DNA of 64,000 bases from Tubiluchus corallicola (lineage: Eukaryota > Animalia > Priapulida). A program made the translations under genes and the position numbers. The notes beneath the pieces are model-generated. The model had not been told where the DNA came from, searched no databases, and saw only the letters and a program-made list of their open reading frames with translations. This document shows positions 12,801 to 25,800 of this stretch, one piece after another. Location: positions 186,001 to 250,000 of the forward strand of contig JAQGDQ010002374.1 of NCBI GenBank assembly GCA_030141605.1, read 5' to 3'. Positions within the stretch are counted from its first letter, which is position 1; each line of letters starts with the position of its first letter.

Positions 12801-15800
12801 ACAAACTTTTGTGGCAGAACGAATGCGCAACTTGCGGCACAGACGTGTGAAGCCTATTCGGCACCAAACTGATGAGTATGAGAGTAAAAAATTATCTGTT
12901 TCTTCATTATTATTTGCTAAATAAGCAATGAATTTTAGGCAATGCAGAGCTTATGAAAGCCCCACGTAAAAATGTGATGATGGTTTATCAGAATTTGAAA
13001 CAGCAAACCAATTTTTGTTGATGTTCATCAATGTCAAGCAAACACCAATTTACTGCAAACATGATTTATTTTTTAGATTGATCATAGCAGATATTGTCGC
13101 AAACTGAAGTTTTATTACAATTTATGCACAAATTATTTACTATGTTTACTGTACTGATTAATGATTTTAAGTCGTAATTGAAGTACACTGTGTGAAATGA
13201 AATGCTTATTGTTTCATTAATTGTTTTGTATTCGTTTAGTTAGTTTCTTATTGATTGTTAATTACTGATGACCAATACTGTTTGACTGTTGATCTGATTG
13301 GCCTGTATCTAAGAAAAACATTAACTTATTCAAATGTAATGATGTTTCATTGAAGACATGTATTCTGACCTGTTCATAAGTAATTCCTGTATGGTAGCTT
13401 CAATCTTCTCCTTCACCTTAGTGACTTGTGCTGTACTACATTCAACTAAAACAGCGAATTTGTAATAAATAAGTTTATGGTTTTACAATTAAAAATAAAT
13501 TGGTTAGTCAAATTGGGCAATTTTTGGACATTGAATTAGAAAACATTTGCTCCGGTATATTTGCAGGGATGATGTTTTGCCTAAAATGAATATCGTGAAT
13601 CAGCGGCCTTCCAAAGATATGGCAAAAAGAGAACACATTGTTTCAACGCCAGGGCAAACAATGTATATCATGGCCGATCTGTCTCCTTCGAATAGGTAAC
13701 CTTACAAGAATTTTCTTACCTGTACATGCTGATGGTAGAGTCAATGATAAAAATGGAATTTGTCTTTATATGGGCACTCACAGTACCATAAAGAGAAAAC
13801 AACTTAAAAGCTGATAAAATGTTAAAAAACGTCACATTTAGAAAAGAAAGAGACACAGTAAATGTACAAAGTAGTTCAATTCCCTTAACTTTGTTTACAA
13901 ACACCTAGCTATACTTTTACAGCTTCTCTTTCTTCTTTACAGGTTTCTCTGTTCATTACATTTTGGCTTCCTTGTAAATACATAGTTAGTGAATAATTTC
14001 TCTACTGTAGTGTCTGCCTATAAAGCTGGTTGTTTGTTTGTGTAATCTATCACTGGAAAAACGTTTGTAACATGTTTTTTTTTTACATTTTATAAGTTCT
14101 TAATAAAAGTTATTTTCTTTTTATGAAATCTGTCGTAATTTTTTGTATGTGCAGTAGTGTACGGATATTTTGCTGTTTTTTACCTTTTTACATTTTGTTT
14201 AATTTCTTTACTTTTTTGCAAAAAAACATTAATTAATTAACACTAACTTTTCATTTCCATAGGGAAGAGAAATATTTATCAGATGAATATCTCGTGTGCA
14301 CCATTAAAGTTGATACTCGAGGGGTGATCTCCATATCACCAGATTTGAGTCATGGTGAAAAACCCTATGTAGTGGAAACAGAGACACTGGGAAAAGGTAT
14401 CCTCTCACAGTATTTTCCTTTAGGACAAATAATGCATTATTAATTATTTTTTAATTTTTTAATATTTTTTAATTGGGGTTTCTTCTTTATTCATGATCTT
14501 TTTTAAAAATGATCTTTTTACTTGAGCATTGTCACAAAAATACTAGAATTAATATTACGTAAATGTTAGTTTAAAAAAACTGTAGTATGGATATCGTACT
14601 ACAAAAAATGTCGCATTTTCATTGTTGAAACTGGCTAGAAATATTAGGCTCGGGTAATAAACAATGCGGGTAATTACTCGGGTACCTGACTACCTGATGG
14701 AAAGCTAGACTAAGACTGGTTAAATTTCTGTGCGTCATTGCAGTAAAAAGCAAAAAAATCACAACTCTTTTCTTAATTGGTCCGTTCCATATTTTAGATG
14801 TGTTTGAATATTCACTGGAGAATGTGTCTCAGTTAATTAGCCACCAGGAGCAAGACAAAGAAAATAAAATGTATCAAGAGCTTTATGATCGGCACACTGA
14901 TTTCCTTCAAGCATGTGTCGGATCTCAGTTTGAAATGGTACGTTCTGTATTTCCGTGATTTTCATACAAAGTAGAAATCATTTTATATTTCTTTATTAGT
15001 AAATTATACTGTAAAAGTAACTAAATGTATTTCTCATTTTGGTCATGTATAGTGTAGACAACTGAATGTATTTTTAATTTTGATTGCGTATAATGTAGGT
15101 TATAGTTAGAGTAAACGTCTGCAAACATATTATTAAATGAAACTTTAATCACCATATTTGATTTAAATTACATGCGCTGATGGAATGACAAGCTAAGCCC
15201 ACACAACAGCAATCTTGTTTCAGAGCCGCAGATCAAAATTTTGGGATATTTTGCAGTTTCCAGGGGGCAGTTCAGAACTTTATTGGTTATCGGCTGTTCG
15301 TCACAAATCATGTGCTATATTTTTCAGTCAGCTCCTCTTTTTTTCAAGTGCTGGTGGTCCCAGTTCAATTTCCCAAGATAGAAATTTAGTAATTAATTTA
15401 CCATGATTTAAGAAAATGAGTGTGGATACTTAGTTTGGTTAGCTTCTGAAAGCAGACAGCTCATTCGCATGCCTACAGAAAGACTCAAATGTACAACAGT
15501 GATTCAAGTTTATTCAACAAATTAAAATGTATTTTACTGGCTGTACTTGCAGACCAGTTATGATGAAACAATCGACTTTAACTTTCAGTGTGATTTTGAC
15601 TAAAAAGGGTTGAATCTACTACATATCTTAAAAAATAAGCAAACTACCAAAAATGCATTTATTTTTTCATTTTGCTATTGCTTTTGCTGCTTATTACTGA
15701 AAAATGTATAGTCTTCTTAAATGGCACACTGGTTTTATTAACCATATTTTCTTAACAATGGTTTCTGTGAGAGTAATTCCAAATAGGGCTAAATGGTTGT

Positions 15801-18800
15801 AAAATGCAGCTGGTTTTATTAAGCGGCAACTGTTGTATTTTGATCATAATCACACAATATTTTGTTTCTTTTTTTGGAAATGAGGAAGTCTATCACGAAG
15901 ATAAAGGGCTTATATCAGATTACCTTTGAGACTTTTTGCAATTCTGCCAATCTGACCTCTGCAATAGCTGAGCTGTTAGCAATTCGAAACTATTGAAAAC
16001 TCTTTTCTCTTTAAATGTGTACAGCACAGTTTTGCATACATATATTTGCAAAATGTTAATTCAATAGGTAACAATTTTGTTAAAATTATAGCCTCCACCA
16101 AAAGTGCTGCGGTTGCTGTGCTATGGAGAGATTATTTCAGCTCAAGACTATGAATATGATAACCTGTACATTCATTGCTTTCTGGAACTGCCACAAAGTA
16201 TGTATAAAGATTCATGTTTCGTGATTAATTCACTTAAAAAAATTCTAATGCCACAAAAGTCCTGTTTGCTATGAATCTAATAATATCTTGCAAACATGAT
16301 TGTCCACACAATTGAGGTACATTATTGAATACAGTAGCCGCCACTTAATAAAACCACCACGGAACCAGCAATATGTGGTCGTAATAAATGGTGGTTTTAT
16401 GATGTGGTGCTAAGTACAATACGTAAACACTTCAACGTAATTTATACTACATGACAACTAAACATGGGGTAGTCAGCTCACTTGGATACCAGCAGAATGA
16501 TTCAAGCATAAAACAGTGATTTAAGTTCATTCAACAGACTAAAATGTACTTCAGTCTACAGAGTGATTATGACGAAACAATTGACTTTTAACTTGCAATG
16601 TGACTTTGACTAAGTAGTTGTGTGGCTTAATAAAAATAGTCAAAATACCAAAAAATACATTTTATTTTTCATTTTGCTATTCCTTTTGTTGTCTGTTACT
16701 GAAAATGTGATCTTATTAAATTGTGCACTTTTTTATTAACTGAATTTTCTCAACAATAGTTTCTCGACTAAAATGTACTTCAGTCTACAGAGTGATTATG
16801 ACGAAACAATTGACTTTTAACTTGCAATGTGACTTTGACTAAGTAGTTGTGTGGCTTAATAAAAATAGTCAAAATACCAAAAAATACATTTTATTTTTCA
16901 TTTTGCTATTCCTTTTGTTGTCTGTTACTGAAAATGTGATCTTATTAAATTGTGCACTTTTTTATTAACTGAATTTTCTCAACAATAGTTTCTCGGCAAC
17001 AACTTGTGGGTGTAATGCCGGAACATGGCTAAACACTTCTGAAATGTGGCTGGTTTTATTATTCGCAGTTTTATTAAGCAGCAACTAGTGTAATGCAAGT
17101 TATGGTTTTGTTATTAGTGTGGCGAATTGACGCATCTTGTCAGCAGTCGTGGGTGACACAAACTTGCTCTACTACAACTGTTGGAACTTCCAATGTGTCA
17201 CACTTTGGATTTCCATTTGAATGCGAGCTGTTCTACAAGAATGACCTTGCAGAAGGTGATAGTGCAGACAGTTCAATTCATGGCTGGCCTCAGCTTTTTC
17301 TTGAAGTTTTGTCTCTCGATATGTGGCATCGATATCGAACGGAAGGCTATGGATACATATCACTCCCCACTGAACCAGGTTAGTGAAGCCTGGTAAAGCA
17401 TTATCGGTAAAATCTACTTTTGGCGCCTGTGTCCATCATTCACCAGGTGTGTCCTTCACTTAAATGGCTTGAGGTCTATTGGACCAACAAAAAAAAATCA
17501 TTTTTATCTCTCTCAAACTATTGAGGCTATGAGGCTTAGACTATAATTGCCCAAGCTCAAACATGAATTTTAGTACTAATAATAGACTGTATGAGAGCTG
17601 CCTTAAAGGAAAACTGTATTCGATCTTAAACTGTAGCTGAAAACAATCTACTGTTTAAAATATTGAAAAGAAACACACTATTTTTTCAAGAATGACTTTC
17701 ATGAAAGAATAATTACCAATGAAATGCAATTTTGCTTGTGCAGCAAGTTCTTTGCTGTTTACATGCAGCTTGCCATTTGTTGGTTAGATCAGCACTAGCA
17801 CCTGCATTTCGGAAACGCGTTGCATAAAATAACTGGTGCTGTATCTCTTAGTTCGGGTGTGTTCGTTTGTGATGTAGTGCACATGTTTGAGAGCTCGTGG
17901 TGAGCATAAATTTGATATTTGAATTTTTATCTTAAAACTTGCATAGTTTAATACATCACACTGAGTCTCGTACAGTAGCACTTTTTACGTACTTCAAAAT
18001 GAGGTAGGATATGAAAAATCATCCTGTTTTCCTTTAAGTGTTACGACTATCTGCCGCAGTGTATTCTATTGCAATTTTCACGCTGCAATTAATTATTATG
18101 GCATGTATAATGTCACGTAAAAGGTTACTATGTGCTAAACTGCTTTAAATTCGGAAATAAACCATTCGATGGCTTGCTAAATTGATAGCAATTAGTTATA
18201 CCTTTTTAGCGATTTGCTGTTGCTAACATTCTAATTCTCACCTCCAAAGCTAAAACTTGAAAGCATAATAATCCTTACGCTTTTAAGCACTTAAGCAATT
18301 ATGAAATTTTCGACTAATAAATATCAATGAATCGTGTCACGCATAATACAAAATGTATCCTTGAAATACATTGTGACCCAAATATCTCTTTCTTATCTTT
18401 AGGATGCAATATTAGAGTGATTAATACATGGAGGCCAGTAGGGCGATCAATAAATGACGAGCTTCGAAGGTTTTTTATTGGTGGATCACCCGAGTTAGAG
18501 GATCCGACTTACATTGCTGTGCCATCCACTTTTGAGGTTTGTCATATCTCATCTAGTTTCGTAACTGGAAATCTTAGAAATGCTTAGCTCATGATCTGAT
18601 TGCAAATTAAGAATAACGATTAGGTCGAAATGCAAAATGCAAATATTATCGAGACATATCGATTTGATTTACTTTCTATATTATATTAAAAATTAATATA
18701 TATATATATATATATATACATTACATGTGCAGTCCACATGAGGTTTTCTTTGCACGGTTTACAAACGAAAATTAGAAGTAAAAACTATAAAATAATCAAT

Positions 18801-20207
18801 ATAAAAAACAAATATCCTAATTAATATTACATAAAAGCTTAATTGTAAAGTTGGATTAGAGTTAAAAAGAAACTAATATACATTTTTGCTAATGACTATT
18901 CATAAGTAGTTCCCTGAGTTTCAGGTAGTTTCCCTGAATTTTATTAAATGTATATTATGTGTGTGTGTGTGTGTGCATGCATGGGTGGGTGGATGGGTGG
19001 TTGCGTGTGTAAGATGAAAATCGATCTGTTTGTCAGTCTGTTATTTATGCACTCCCACATTCTGCAGTGTAACCCTTAATCTGGTACACCATAACAACCA
19101 GAATGGCCTCTGGAAAGTTTTATTCTAATCGTCAATTTAGTCATCGCCTCTCCCTCTTATGTGGGGTTCTGTGTAGCATAATAATGTGAATTTGTCATTA
19201 TGCTATTCAAAAAAAAACAAATAACAGCATTTTGTTTTAGGGCAATCGACTTAGTAAATTTGGATTCAAAACTGAATCTACAGGAAACGTGAAGATTAAG
19301 CTGAACATCATCCAACAATCTCGTGCCTTTCTTGATTCAAAATCTCGAAAACGAACATTTGCATCATTGGTGGATAAGTTGGGGTAGGTCTTTTTACTAA
19401 AATTTGTGGTTAAAACAGCATATCATGTCTGCCTGTTTGTCACTTGGCAAATCTGTATTATTAGTTTTCTCATCTGTATGTCATAACTTTAAAAGAAAGC
19501 TGGAGCCAATGTCGAACCACAGCTCAAAATGATCTAGCATATAAAATATTAAAAGGAAACATATTTTTTTCAAAAATGACCTAGTCAATACCGTCGATTT
19601 TGGAACCCAGAAAAAGTTGGCATTATAGCGAGTTTGGCGTTATAACAAGATGTGTTAAATTTTGGCACAGACAAATTACAAAATAGTCAGACAAGTTTAC
19701 ATTGGTTAGGGTTTTCAATTTTCATTCATCTTTATTAAGAAATTTTCATACAAAATTTTTCATCCTGTTTTAGGGTCAGTATGGTGCAAGAAGGAATTAT
19801 CACTGCACTCCGTAAGTATCAGAATTATTAAAGCAAATTTTATTTTTAGTTATGTATATGACGGGCAACAGAAGTTTGATGTTCCTCTTACATATTTGGA
19901 AACAACTTACTGGGCAATTATTGGCCCAACAGGACATGTGTAATTGAGCAATTTGTTTGCTATATTGTACTGTACTGTACTGGGTAATTTGTTTATCGTA
20001 CTGCTGATTGTAAATAAGTATTGTTCTTGTCAGTATTGTAGGCCAAATATTTTATGGTATGACTCAAATTGACTGTCGAATTAATGGGTTAGACAGATGT
20101 TTAATCTAAATTTAAAATCGTTTTTCTAAACGTTTGTTGCAGAAAAATTTTCACGGGCACGACAACGAATGATGACAGCGAGACAAAGTATATTCGCATT
20201 GGAATGA
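6883..20207 (+). CDS. MKS1: Meckel syndrome type 1 protein (B9/C2 ciliary transition-zone protein); 14 coding exons: 6883-6959, 10314-10503, 11086-11168, 11732-11795, 12766-12875, 13567-13695, 14263-14396, 14798-14937, 16092-16197, 17118-17378, 18403-18536, 19241-19383, 19774-19811, 20143-20207
   Basis: Spliced translation matches recalled MKS1 motifs throughout: TAIYRSSDPIKNLKIRV, FGWQEKVFSQ, QTMYIMADL, GEIISAQDYEYDNLYIH, WPQLFLEVLSLDMWHRYRTEGYG, ELRRFFIGGSPELED, RLSKFGFKTESTG, FSRARQRM. Phases are consistent. Confidence 0.95.
7000..8245 (+). mobile_element. Decayed non-LTR retrotransposon (CR1/L2-like LINE) ORF2 fragment in MKS1 intron 1
   Basis: Frameshifted peptides ADHLPIF (end of endonuclease), KPWITPGIL, LKIAKVTTIYK..SNYRPI, QFGF*KSYSTALA..VCSIFLNL..FDTVQHDILL (RT motifs), with stops. 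Confidence 0.85.
8246..8990 (+). mobile_element. Truncated pogo/Tigger-type DNA transposon inserted into the LINE
   Basis: TA followed by TIR cagtagtcgccgcttaatagactc at 8246. Transposase N-terminal HTH remnant DLTVKEKLKILEQYDKLPKMVQRCAAAQLKISQSTLGRILKK. The 5' part is closely similar to the element at 21150. Confidence 0.8.
9033..9290. repeat. Compound (TA)n/(TG)n/(TGCG)n microsatellite
   Basis: Directly visible low-complexity tract; explains the spurious ORFs 9058-9291 and 8722-9084. Confidence 0.9.
11254..11690 (-). mobile_element. Tc1/pogo-type MITE, family A (inverted relative to the copies at 15480 and 16332)
   Basis: TA plus cagtagtcaccgcttaattaaaccagc terminus; body is the reverse complement of ~15560-15830 and ~16560-17090. 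Confidence 0.75.
11969..12583. mobile_element. Possible hAT-type MITE
   Basis: Imperfect TAG..-..CTA termini with repeated subterminal CGATAC motifs at both ends. Confidence 0.4.
15480..15835 (+). mobile_element. MITE family A partial copy
   Basis: Similar to 16540-17090; ends in tggttttattaagcggcaactg. Confidence 0.7.
16332..17090 (+). mobile_element. MITE family A copy with internal 229-bp tandem duplication (16537-16765 / 16766-16994)
   Basis: TIRs cagtagccgccacttaataaaac ... gttttattaagcagcaactagtg; the two internal units read as identical. Confidence 0.8.
17607..18033. mobile_element. Kolobok-like MITE with TTAA target site
   Basis: ttaa|aggaaaac ... gttttcct|ttaa termini; a related fragment lies near 19490-19580. 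Confidence 0.65.
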
Positions 20208-21149
20208 GTGATATGGTTTACAGGGTTCAACTTATGATCTAGTGAATTGATTACATACCAAAGATGCACAATGCTTAATCACAATTCACCTGTTTTATGA
20301 GTCACACCCATTTCAAATGATATGAGTGATGTCTGCTTTTAAGCCACAATAGAGTAGGTGTACTGGTGTGTGTGTCAGCAGAACCTAATGTTCGTGTCGT
20401 TTGCAGGAAGTTAGGCTTTCTAGGATGTCTTGTTCTTTTCACAAAATATTCCTACATTCTCTTCCATTCTACTGCAAAACTAGTGACATTCAATTTGTTT
20501 TATGATCTTTAAGCTAATCGTGAAGCCTTGAGGGATAGTTCTTTCCAAGAAATGCTCGATCCTCCGACCTTACCAGAGACGTCTGTGAGAATTCTGGGTA
20601 CTTTTCGTCATTTTTTTAACAAAGTATTCCTAAGAGAAAATAGTGATCTGGCAGTTGAACAAAAATCAGCTAAAGTCAAAGTAATAGACCATTAACTGCT
20701 ACAACTGTAAATATTTCATTGTTATTTATTGTAACTTCACAATGAATTAATAAATTATTTTTAACATACAAGTGTTAGTGATACTGTATGTACAATTGTC
20801 AAATTTGTGCAATAATTATTCAACCTAAGTTACTCAACAAAAATTGTTATACAAGAAACACAAAAATGAGTTTCATATATATGTTATGGAATAATATTAA
20901 TGTTGTATGCTTAAATATCAACTTAAATAGCTAACACACAACAAAAGCAATTGTTAAAATATAGATCAATATTACATTATTATACCAAATATTTATATCG
21001 CACACTACTATGAATTCACATGGTTTCAACATTATTACTGTTCTTTTTCTTGCACATATTTTGAGAAAGATGAAATTTAGTAAAAAGCTCCGCAATGATA
21101 GATAATATTAAACAATATCCATTTCCCACATTTTGCAATACTGATAATA

Positions 21150-21960
21150 CAGTAGGCGCCGCTTAATAGACTCAATGGCTTAATTGACTCAAAAACACCT
21201 GGTACGGGCCGCTTGTATTCAATTATACATAAGAACTATCGGTAATTGACTCAAATAACTCCGCATAATCGATCCTGTTTTTCCTTCACAAGCTTCAATA
21301 AGACACTTGTGTGATTAATAAGCTTTTATGACTTTTATATCATCTTAGTTTGCTTTTGTCCTATAATATACATAGAAACAATCATGTTAAGTACCGTTTT
21401 GCTTGTAAGCAGAAACGTTTAGCATACCCTAATGGTTTGCTTTGACCCGCTGGTCCACTGCAATTAACCTCGTTTCCCAAGAATTCCTGGAAGCTAAACA
21501 TTTAATCACTTGTTTAGCAGTTTGCTTTTGAACCTCTGGCTGTCTTTGCCAGAAGGTTTAACACAGTTAGATGTTGCTGTTATGCGAGGAACCCAGGTAC
21601 AGTACAGTAAGTACATCACAAGTATGGCAAGCTACAGACAAAGTTGGGGGAATCACAGGCACATTTTTATCATTTTGAGAACTTTGTGAGCCAACTTCTT
21701 CATGATAAAATGAAGCAGCCGACTTTGAAGGAATTTTTGCAAATAAGTAGACTTGTGTGATTTTCTAATTTTTAACTGTACAAAGGAATTTAGGCGTTAC
21801 TTCGTTTCTAAAATTCATTAAAAACATTTTGCAGTGCATAGTAAGCTGGTGACTCATATCTTATACCAGTAATACTACACCCATCAGTTAATAAGTTCAG
21901 TCGGTTAATTGGGTCAAAACACTTCGATCCCAAAATGAGTCTATTAAGCAGCGCCTACTG
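21150..21960 (+). mobile_element. Internally deleted pogo/Tigger element between the MKS1 and DNTTIP1 3' ends
   Basis: TA TSDs; TIRs cagtaggcgccgcttaatagactca / tgagtctattaagcagcgcctactg; retains a C-terminal PIP-box-like KQPTLKEFL remnant at ~21713. Confidence 0.9.
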
Positions 21961-22850
21961 TAATTTGTATTAATTCTACACAGGAGTCTACTAATTTTTT
22001 GTTCACAATAGAAATATAATGTGTGCAACAAAAACGTCAGGACCGCCACAAAATTTGAGGTCTTTACCTTGCCTTTGGTGTGTCTAAAGTGGGTCGTCAG
22101 AAAAGTATCCTCTAATTTTGCAGGAAGTGCACAAACTTTCTCTGCATAAATGTAGAGGTCGATTGTTGAAAAAGTTATAAACCTCAACAGCAATAAATGT
22201 GAATAACTAATATTGTGTAATCAAAGAAGCATAAAATACCAAAATGTTTACTAATGGCAAGGCTCGGTCCTCATCTCACAGAAAGACCTTAGTGTTTTTG
22301 AAAGTGAAACACTTACCAGGAAACGTACCTAGCTAATGTCAGTTTATCAACACCGTACCTGGGCTAAGTTGACAGTGTTATCACCAGTAGCACCACATAA
22401 CATCAGCATTTGTCGCATTGATTATCCTGTGCTTTGCTCATTCAGTTCAAAGAGACTGACAAAAATCAAGTCCAGCTTGATGTCATCAAAGTTCGTCCAT
22501 ATTAGATCAATATGCTTGAGGCAAAAGGATGCTTAAGGACCATGTCGATGGATTATTAGTCCATGAAGATGCCGATTAGTCAAATGAACAGGCTCAGTGC
22601 ATTGCTTATGCATTTAACACTTAGAAACCAAAAAAATGGCACAAACAAAATGTGAATCAACAAATTTCACCCATTTATATCCTGACTGTTATTATCAGTT
22701 TTGCATGACTTTCCAAAAAAGTTAGATGCATAAACATACTAATAACAGTCATAGCTAATGCAGACACAACAGCGGAACACACCACAAATGACATTAATAA
22801 ACACAAATATTTTGTAGACAATATCTGCACAGAAGAAACAGAATTTAAAT

Positions 22851-25800
22851 TTAATCATTTACATCAAAAGGAGCAGATAGTTGACCATCATTTAGTCCCA
22901 GATCAGACATTACTGTTGGACTGGGTACTTCTAAATCAGCAAATTCTCCAAGAGGCGATGGATTGTGGGTAGAACATGTTTCCATGGTAACTGGCGAGGT
23001 GGGACCGGAGCTAGCTACATCCCCTTTACCAGTCTCACTGTTTGCTTCTTCATATGTTTCTCCTAACTCTGGCTGTAAAACAAAACAATGTTAAAACAGG
23101 TAAGCTATAAGCCACAGTTTATGCAATTAAATTACTTTTTAATAAATTCACGGAGTGGATCTTGCATCAACAGGTAGCACAAGATCATAATTTTCTCAGT
23201 TATTGAGCAATCAAATCAGTAATGGACAGTGTAAATTTCTACACAGAAATAAATTCACAAGATCTGCTTAAAAAGTTGAGCAAGTATATCTGTAATAAGC
23301 AACTGACTCGTGGTCAGCTAGTGAGCACTCAAATCAGCTGGTCACTAATCTACTGAAATCATAAAATTAGTGCGTGCTAGAAATACTTGCGAGGAAAGTC
23401 AGACATAAATTACACTAGTACTTAAGTTGATGCTTGTGCTTTCTAATAATAATTTGTAGCAACACGTTGGCTTTGTTTGATGGTAAATCCGAAAATTTTA
23501 GAAAACACTGTCTACAAAACAAAAATTCCAATTTTGCTCTTTTTTCAAACAACTATAAGTTTTTTGTGCACATAAATTTAATAAGTAAATGCTAGTACTA
23601 GCTGTTAGATAAGTTTAGCACTTTTCACTCTCGGTCTGTTATGATCAGGGCAACTAGCAATGTGGTAATACATGTAATTCCAACTACTATATGTAATTCT
23701 TATTTTTATTACTATTACATGTAATTCCCTGCAGAGATTCTCGTTGTAATGTTCGCAAGGCTGTGCTAAAAATATCACTGCACAAACAATGTTTGAAGTT
23801 GAATTCGCAAAACTTTAGCTCACATTTTTTCCGGTATATGGTATCTGCAATTCATATCAGCCTTTGAGTGTTGGTAACGACATCCAGTTAGCCATACCTT
23901 TATAGCATCTAGTTTATCCGAGACAACGTGACCCTGTCTGGACTTGTTACGGTCTGTGCGCAATGCTTCCATATGGAGTTTCATTTTTAACAGCATGAAT
24001 TCAGGCACGGTAAAACCTTTGAGTATATTTAACATCAGCCCCGGTTGATTTCTGAAAAGACGTTCCATTAGCAGAAGTTCCGAATTTTCCAGCATTCCAG
24101 CAAAATGCTTAATTAACTAAATAATGATAATTTGTGCTTCCATTATTGAAACTCAAGATTAATATTGACAATAGTACATGTATACTTTAAAGCAAACAAG
24201 TGTACCTGATTTGTGCATAAAAGCTTTTATCCCATCAGTTTTTGCATACAAGGCACACTTCTGAATTATTTAGTACATATAATAATAATAATTATATATA
24301 ACACTGCTAAAGGCTTAATTAGGTGCCATGCTGCATACTGTGCATGACAGAAAATGGCAAAAGGACCTCACACACAAGTATGCAGGTTCCAAGGACATCT
24401 AAATGAACATTTCTAGAACCAGCTAGTGCACTACTTGGTATTGTTAAAATCTCAGCAGAAGTCAGGTTATACAAATACCGTATTACTGGGATCTTTTAAA
24501 GCCTACTGGTTATTATAATAAAAAAGGATTAAAGGGATGACCACAAACGCCCTTGTTCTCTAAAATGGAATCTGAGAACTGAAAAACTGAAACAGCATGT
24601 TCAAAATAATGGGTACTAACTTTTGGAATAGTCTGCAAACTGAAATCTGTGACAAATATTCATGGAACCGTTTTTAAGAAAAATACATGACCCACATAAA
24701 AAAGCTGTTTAAATGTAATAAATACAGTATGAATTTGATCTCTGACTCCCTTTTGTTCTGTTAAAGCATTTGTATTATGGCAATTCCTAGGCTCTGAGGG
24801 TGGCATCGCAAGATGAAATGCATTTATTACACTGAACATTTTTACAACCATACCAGGATATGAGTACATGCAGGTCAAACTCAAGGATGTGCTCGTGTCA
24901 ATGTTTGTTAACAAGATGTATGAATTCCAGGCCAGTTATTTGATCTGCCATGACATTCTAAGCAATTTTAGACCATTTTCACAGACAAGGCATTTGAGCC
25001 AGTAGTACAGCTAGTAGCATAAAAGTGATATTTGATGCATAAATATGCAAAATGCAAAATAAACTTTGTAGTATATCAGGCCAGTGTGATTGAAAGGATA
25101 CTGGTATTTTGAAGTTGGGAAATTGAAAATTTTGCTTTTATACAATGCACGCAAGGAACAAGGTGCGGCTTTTAACTTGTCATCTGGCTGCAATTGCAAT
25201 GAGGCAAGTTTAACTGTAATTCACTTGGAAGCAGAGGTCATTGGAAATCACAAACAGCCAATGAGGGGGGGGGGGCAGTAGACCAAAGAACAACAATCAT
25301 AAATCATTTTATATTAAGCTTTCCAACCAGTGGGATGCTACTAGCCTACTACAAGCTAGTAAAAGAGGTAGTAGAAATAGGCAGTGACGACTGTCTTTCA
25401 CTCTGAAAACATTTTCAGCGATTAAGTTAACATTTACATGATATTACAGTAATGTACTCTTGTCATTTTGAAGCTCATCAAAAGGGATTTTGACTTTTTC
25501 AGACAACCCACTAAAGCCATAATTTAACCTAACCTGGCTTATTAACACTTCTTAGGGAAAAACTACTAGATATGGAATGCATGGCAAACTACTTCGCCTT
25601 ATCAAGTAAAATCTTGACAACTTAAACACTGATGCCATCTTCAACATTTAGCTTATTTACGTTTACTAATGTATGTAATTCATCGTATATTAATCTATTT
25701 CTATGTATTTGATCTTCAATAGTTAACCACCTGTATACCATTTCTTCTTCCCGAGGCCTTCTTATCAGTGCTTGCTGTGGCCAAAGGTTTTATTTTTTTG

